Shown here piece by piece: positions 59,876 through 64,000 of a stretch of DNA of 64,000 nucleotides. This DNA is from Podarcis pityusensis (Eukaryota). The position numbers and the translations under genes are program-made. The notes under the pieces are model-generated. The model saw nothing but the letters and a program-made list of their open reading frames with translations. It was not told the origin of the DNA and made no database searches. Where the stretch lies: the NCBI GenBank assembly GCA_964106645.2, contig OZ067043.1. One strand, 5' to 3'. Within the stretch, counting starts at the first letter, position 1. Each line of letters opens with the position of its first letter.

Positions 59876-62480
59876 TCCGATGCATAAAGCTTTAAGCCCC
59901 ATCTGTGAAAATGATCGGTATTTAAATATCATCCTTTTCATATGTCAGCCTAACCATATTTTATAAGTTCTCAGGGACCAAGCAAGAATTATACAGTCAT
60001 ACTGTGAAAACAGACTTTTTAAAACTATAGCACGGAAGAGCTTGTGTTGGAATGCCAGTGCTTTCTTTAAGAAAATGTGCTCAGCTTACGGTTTGGGGGG
60101 CGGGGAGAGTTTTATCTCCTAACCAGCTGCTTTGCTCAACCTGAGATCAGATCCAATTCGTGTGCCTCCTCATGTATCACCTCCAGGAAGAAAGGTTGTT
60201 CAAGCCACATTCTGCTCTTGGCTACACATGTGGAACCTCCCTGGTGCCTTCAATAAACTTAGCCTAGGTGCAATGATTGGAGTCAGTGATACGCAGGAAA
60301 GCAGGAAGAAACCCGACAGTTATCTGAACTGTGTTTACTCTTCTGGGTTAGCTTGAGTTAAAAAAAATATATTCAGCATTTGGATTATATGACTGAAAGT
60401 AGCAAATAGGACCAGGCAAACAGAGTTATGCACTGCAGTGACATGGTTTCTACACTTGCTTTTCAAAAAGGAAATGCAGTGTACAGGAGCATGGCCAGAG
60501 CGCTTATGGACAGTAACAATTACTTTAGACAAAGTAGGATAGCCCACCTGACAACTAACCACCAAAAAGTGTACAGCAGGGTTAAATCCATGGCCCAATT
60601 TTACATCCGTGGTCCCAGGCTACAGAGGCTAAAGACAAAAATATAGCCCTTATAACAACAATATTACTGTTTGGGAAATGTGCCCCAACCTACAACATAA
60701 TGGTTAAAAGAAAAAATTGGCAGTCAATAAGGAAGTTTTTTAAAGGAAGGCTTTTCATGCCATCCAACAACGAATACAGCATCCATTAATAAAGCAGAAG
60801 AGAATACTTGCGCAATGCAAAGCCTATCACGGGTACTGGTAGAAATACAGAAAATTTCATTTCTGGTTCTGCAGCATGTGACAAAACCTTTGTCATATCA
60901 CTTCACCTCTATCCACCTGTAAAGTGGAGTTCATTATTGTGCTACTTTCCCAAAAGGTACAAGGATTGATTCAATTTACTGAAGCACTGTAATTAAACTT
61001 TCACATGCTCAGGGTTAATCTGTGCAGTTTAAATTTCATGCCATCTTTGTTACTATGAAATGTAAAAGGCAGAAAATCCAGTCAAGGTTTGGGTCTACAG
61101 TACCTGGCAACGCTAGTTGTAATCCTATGGTACCAAGTCACATTTAATCAACCCACAAATAATGGCTTCAGCTGTCTTACATTTCTGAGCAGCATTAATA
61201 AGTAAATAATTGGTCTGTTTGGCAAAAACTATCCCAGATATATTTACAGGATTAAAGGCTTCTAGTAGCAGATTGATTAACTGTCCCTCTATTTAAAAAA
61301 AGAGTCACTGAAAGATGCCTGCTTGTTATTTTGATAATTTACTGGAGTCTTCAGTTTCATTACCTCTTGTCTAGTCTGAAACAAGCAACAGCAGTATTTT
61401 GCCAAGCAATAAGCCACTTAATGAAACAAGTTGTTTAGTAAATTCACTACATGCATCTTTTTATTGAGCTACATAATACTTCTAGGTAATAGTAGTAACT
61501 CTAAGCCATCAGTAAAGCAGTCTGAGAAGACTAAACAGAGGCTACCTAGGCCTAACAGTTTTAAGGTACCTGAAACTGCTTGATTATTTTTTTTAAGGTA
61601 CCAGACATGTAACTCTACATTTGTCAATTGTGACCTTTTAGGCCAGCTCCCCAGGTCAGTGATCTGTTTATTGAAAGGTAAGCATTTACAGACCTGTACC
61701 TAGCCCAACCTGAACGGTTTCTGCCATGTCTTAAAAGCAACCTTAACCACATTAACTGAATCAGGTATTAACAGAGGGCAGACAAGGTTCTCCTTACCTA
61801 TGAAGCCTCTTATTACCAACAGGTCTGAATTCAAGTCTAGAACCACACATGTGATACTAAGAACTTGTTTTACTCATGCAAACACCCCCTCCCCAAACAT
61901 GCTTCCAAGAGAATGTGACTGAAAACAAAAGCTGTGGAGTCAATGTATTCGAAACAGCAATGTGAGAGCTTTCTTCAGCTTCGGTTCTGTTCTGGAATAT
62001 TTTCTTGGTTGGGGCAGGGGAGAGCAGCTCAGTCTCTACGCTCATTTAACCCTTGACCTCCGCCCTGCAGCTGGGGTTGTTTGCTGTCAGTCACAATATT
62101 TGTGAGTGAAGAAATGCAGACAGCTACATTAGGTATCAACCCATAAGGCAGCCCATTTAAATCGCTTTGAGGGGAAAGCACGCAATTGATAATGGATACC
62201 CTATAGCTCAAATCCTTAACCTGGCCAAAGGAAATTTCCCTGTACCTCCTCTCTTCGCCCTCAACATCGACTGGCATTTCTTCTCATCTCACAGTGTGAA
62301 AAACGATTCTGCATCTCTTTCAAGCATCAGATCCAAGTCTTTTTGAGAAACAGGCTGCAATGGAAATGAGGAGGCATCTGGGCTTGGTCCACCCATTTAA
62401 GGCAAACCCTGTCATGCAATAAATCTGTGTGCATTTGGCAGGACCTGCTAAGTAGCCCTTAAATAAAACAATAGTACTTT

Positions 62481-62793
62481 CTCTCTTTTTTAAAAATGAA
62501 TTTTTAAATTAAATTTTCCATTTTCCATTTCCAAATAAACATTTTACAAACTTTAAAATATCCAATGACTTCTGTTCTTCTCCTTCCATGGTTCATTTTA
62601 CATATCATACATCCCTGCATATTTTACTATAAACATTCAAATCAGTTTTCCATTTTTACATCCATCAAAAAAAGTTTACTCTGTTGAATTTATCTTAGTG
62701 CTGCCAGCATTTTCAGCTGCATACAATTATTTTCCATATATTCAATAAATGTTTTCCACTCTTCTTTAAAGGTTTGTTCTTCTTGCTCTCTTA
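62481..62793 (-). mobile_element. 5'-truncated L1-clade LINE (ORF2 C-terminus, 3' UTR, A-rich tail) with degenerate 16-bp TSD
   Basis: Minus strand encodes REQEEQTFKEEWKTFIEYMENNCMQLKMLAALR*; flanks aaaacaatagtacttt (62465-62480) and aaaacaatagcgcttt (62794-62809). Confidence 0.75.
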
Positions 62794-63114
62794 AAAACAA
62801 TAGCGCTTTGCAGTCTCTCTTTTAGTACCCACAGGTACAGAAAGAGGCAAGACCAGGAGAAAAACAAGCAACACTCCTGATGAAAGCTGTAGCAAGTGCA
62901 CCTTTATTGTACACCGTTTCAGTAGCTGTTGGTTGTGAAGTGGCTTATACATCTGCAAACATACTCCTCTGCATGTGCCAGTTCTGCCATCTCTCTGTGG
63001 TACACAGCAGTCTGCATATCAGAATTTTTATCTGCAGGAGATTGCTGCATGGGTTGGATGTGGGGGCCTGGGCTTGGTTACTTTGAGATCATTTTTGGCA
63101 GTATGTTTTATTGT

Positions 63115-63466
63115 GGGGTGGAGCTGTGGGTTAAACCACAGAGCCTAGGACTTGCCGATCAGAAGGTTGGCGGTTCGAATCCCCACGACGGGGTGAGCTC
63201 CCGTTGCTCGGTCCCTGCTCCTGCCAACCTAGCAGTTCGAAAGCACGTCAAAGTGCAAGTAGATAAATAGGTACCGCTCCAGCGGGAAGGTAAACGGTGT
63301 TTCTGTGAGCTGCTCTGGTTCGCCAGAAGCGGCTTAGTCATGCTGGCCACATGACCCGGAAGCTGTACGCCGGCTCCCTTGGCCAATAAAGCGAGATGAG
63401 CGCCGCAACCCCAGAGTCGGTCACGACTGGACCAAATGGTCAGGGGTCCCTTTACCTTTACCTTTA
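63115..63466 (+). mobile_element. Sauria SINE, near full length
   Basis: tRNA-like head with ggttcgaatccc, conserved body, tail ccctttacctttaccttt. Confidence 0.95.
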
Positions 63467-64000
63467 GCTTGGCCCGCAGTATTATGGGCACTTTGGTTCC
63501 AAACTAAGAGACAAATAGCAATGACAACAGCAATGCATTTTATGAAAGAAATGTTGGCCGAAAGGGAACGCAACTGGCTGATGCGCACCAGAGAAGACTT
63601 GACACGTAAGGTGTAAGCGGTAGCATGCCTCTTGACTGTTTAACCTCCTACTATTTTGTACATGCTGACAAGCTTCCAGAGTAAGTACCTTAGCAGTTTA
63701 GATAAGACAGTCTGTGAATTTGCACCTTTAGCTCAAAATGCTCCGCTCAAGGGTCTTTCGTTCAATCTCCTATTTGAACAGTAAGGGGCAAATAGTGCTT
63801 ATTTCAGCACTCACGTCCCTTTCATTCAATCCCCCTGTCAGGATAATCACAAACTGCCATCCCCACTGCTTCTTTCCCCCGTTACAAGTGGCACAAAGCA
63901 AAGCAGCTTAATGGGTCACTGTGCTGAAAATTGAAGTTAACCTCATAAAGTATGGGTATATATTCCCACTTGAATCACAAGCATAATTCTTGGCCCTTGG

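Noticed and set aside
46591-64000. Search for SSBP3 exons 1-4 (LUFS/LisH domain)
   Set aside because: No matching peptide seen; this stretch appears to be part of the long intron 4

Overview
Vertebrate genomic DNA from a lizard, most likely a lacertid (Podarcis/Lacerta-type Sauria SINEs and MITEs). The whole window lies inside one minus-strand gene, SSBP3 (SSDP1, the LDB1/LIM-homeodomain co-factor). I could place 13 coding exons (equivalent to human exons 5-17, numbering from memory) at GT-AG boundaries. They total 861 nt and splice into one open 287-codon Gly/Pro/Met-rich frame, from [30 protein letters not shown] to ...[12 protein letters not shown]. The N-terminal LUFS/LisH exons should lie beyond position 64000 and the last exon before position 1. 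The rest is intron containing squamate repeats (Sauria SINEs, tRNA/CR1-tail SINEs, MIR-like SINEs, CR1, L2, L1 and Rex/Babar LINE fragments, Tc1/mariner-, hAT- and Harbinger-type MITEs), microsatellites, a 196-N gap and several motif-dense, repeat-free blocks that may be enhancers. Almost all ORFs in the supplied track are spurious. I found no evidence for a new multi-gene system. The best leads are regulatory: (i) an in-frame alternative 3' splice site with a distant branch point adding TDPWLSLQ; (ii) a CpG-rich candidate poison exon; (iii) RBFOX/NOVA-type motif clusters around the skippable exon 6; (iv) a small repeat family present three times that carries CTCF-like motifs. All family assignments come from recognition, not database searches.
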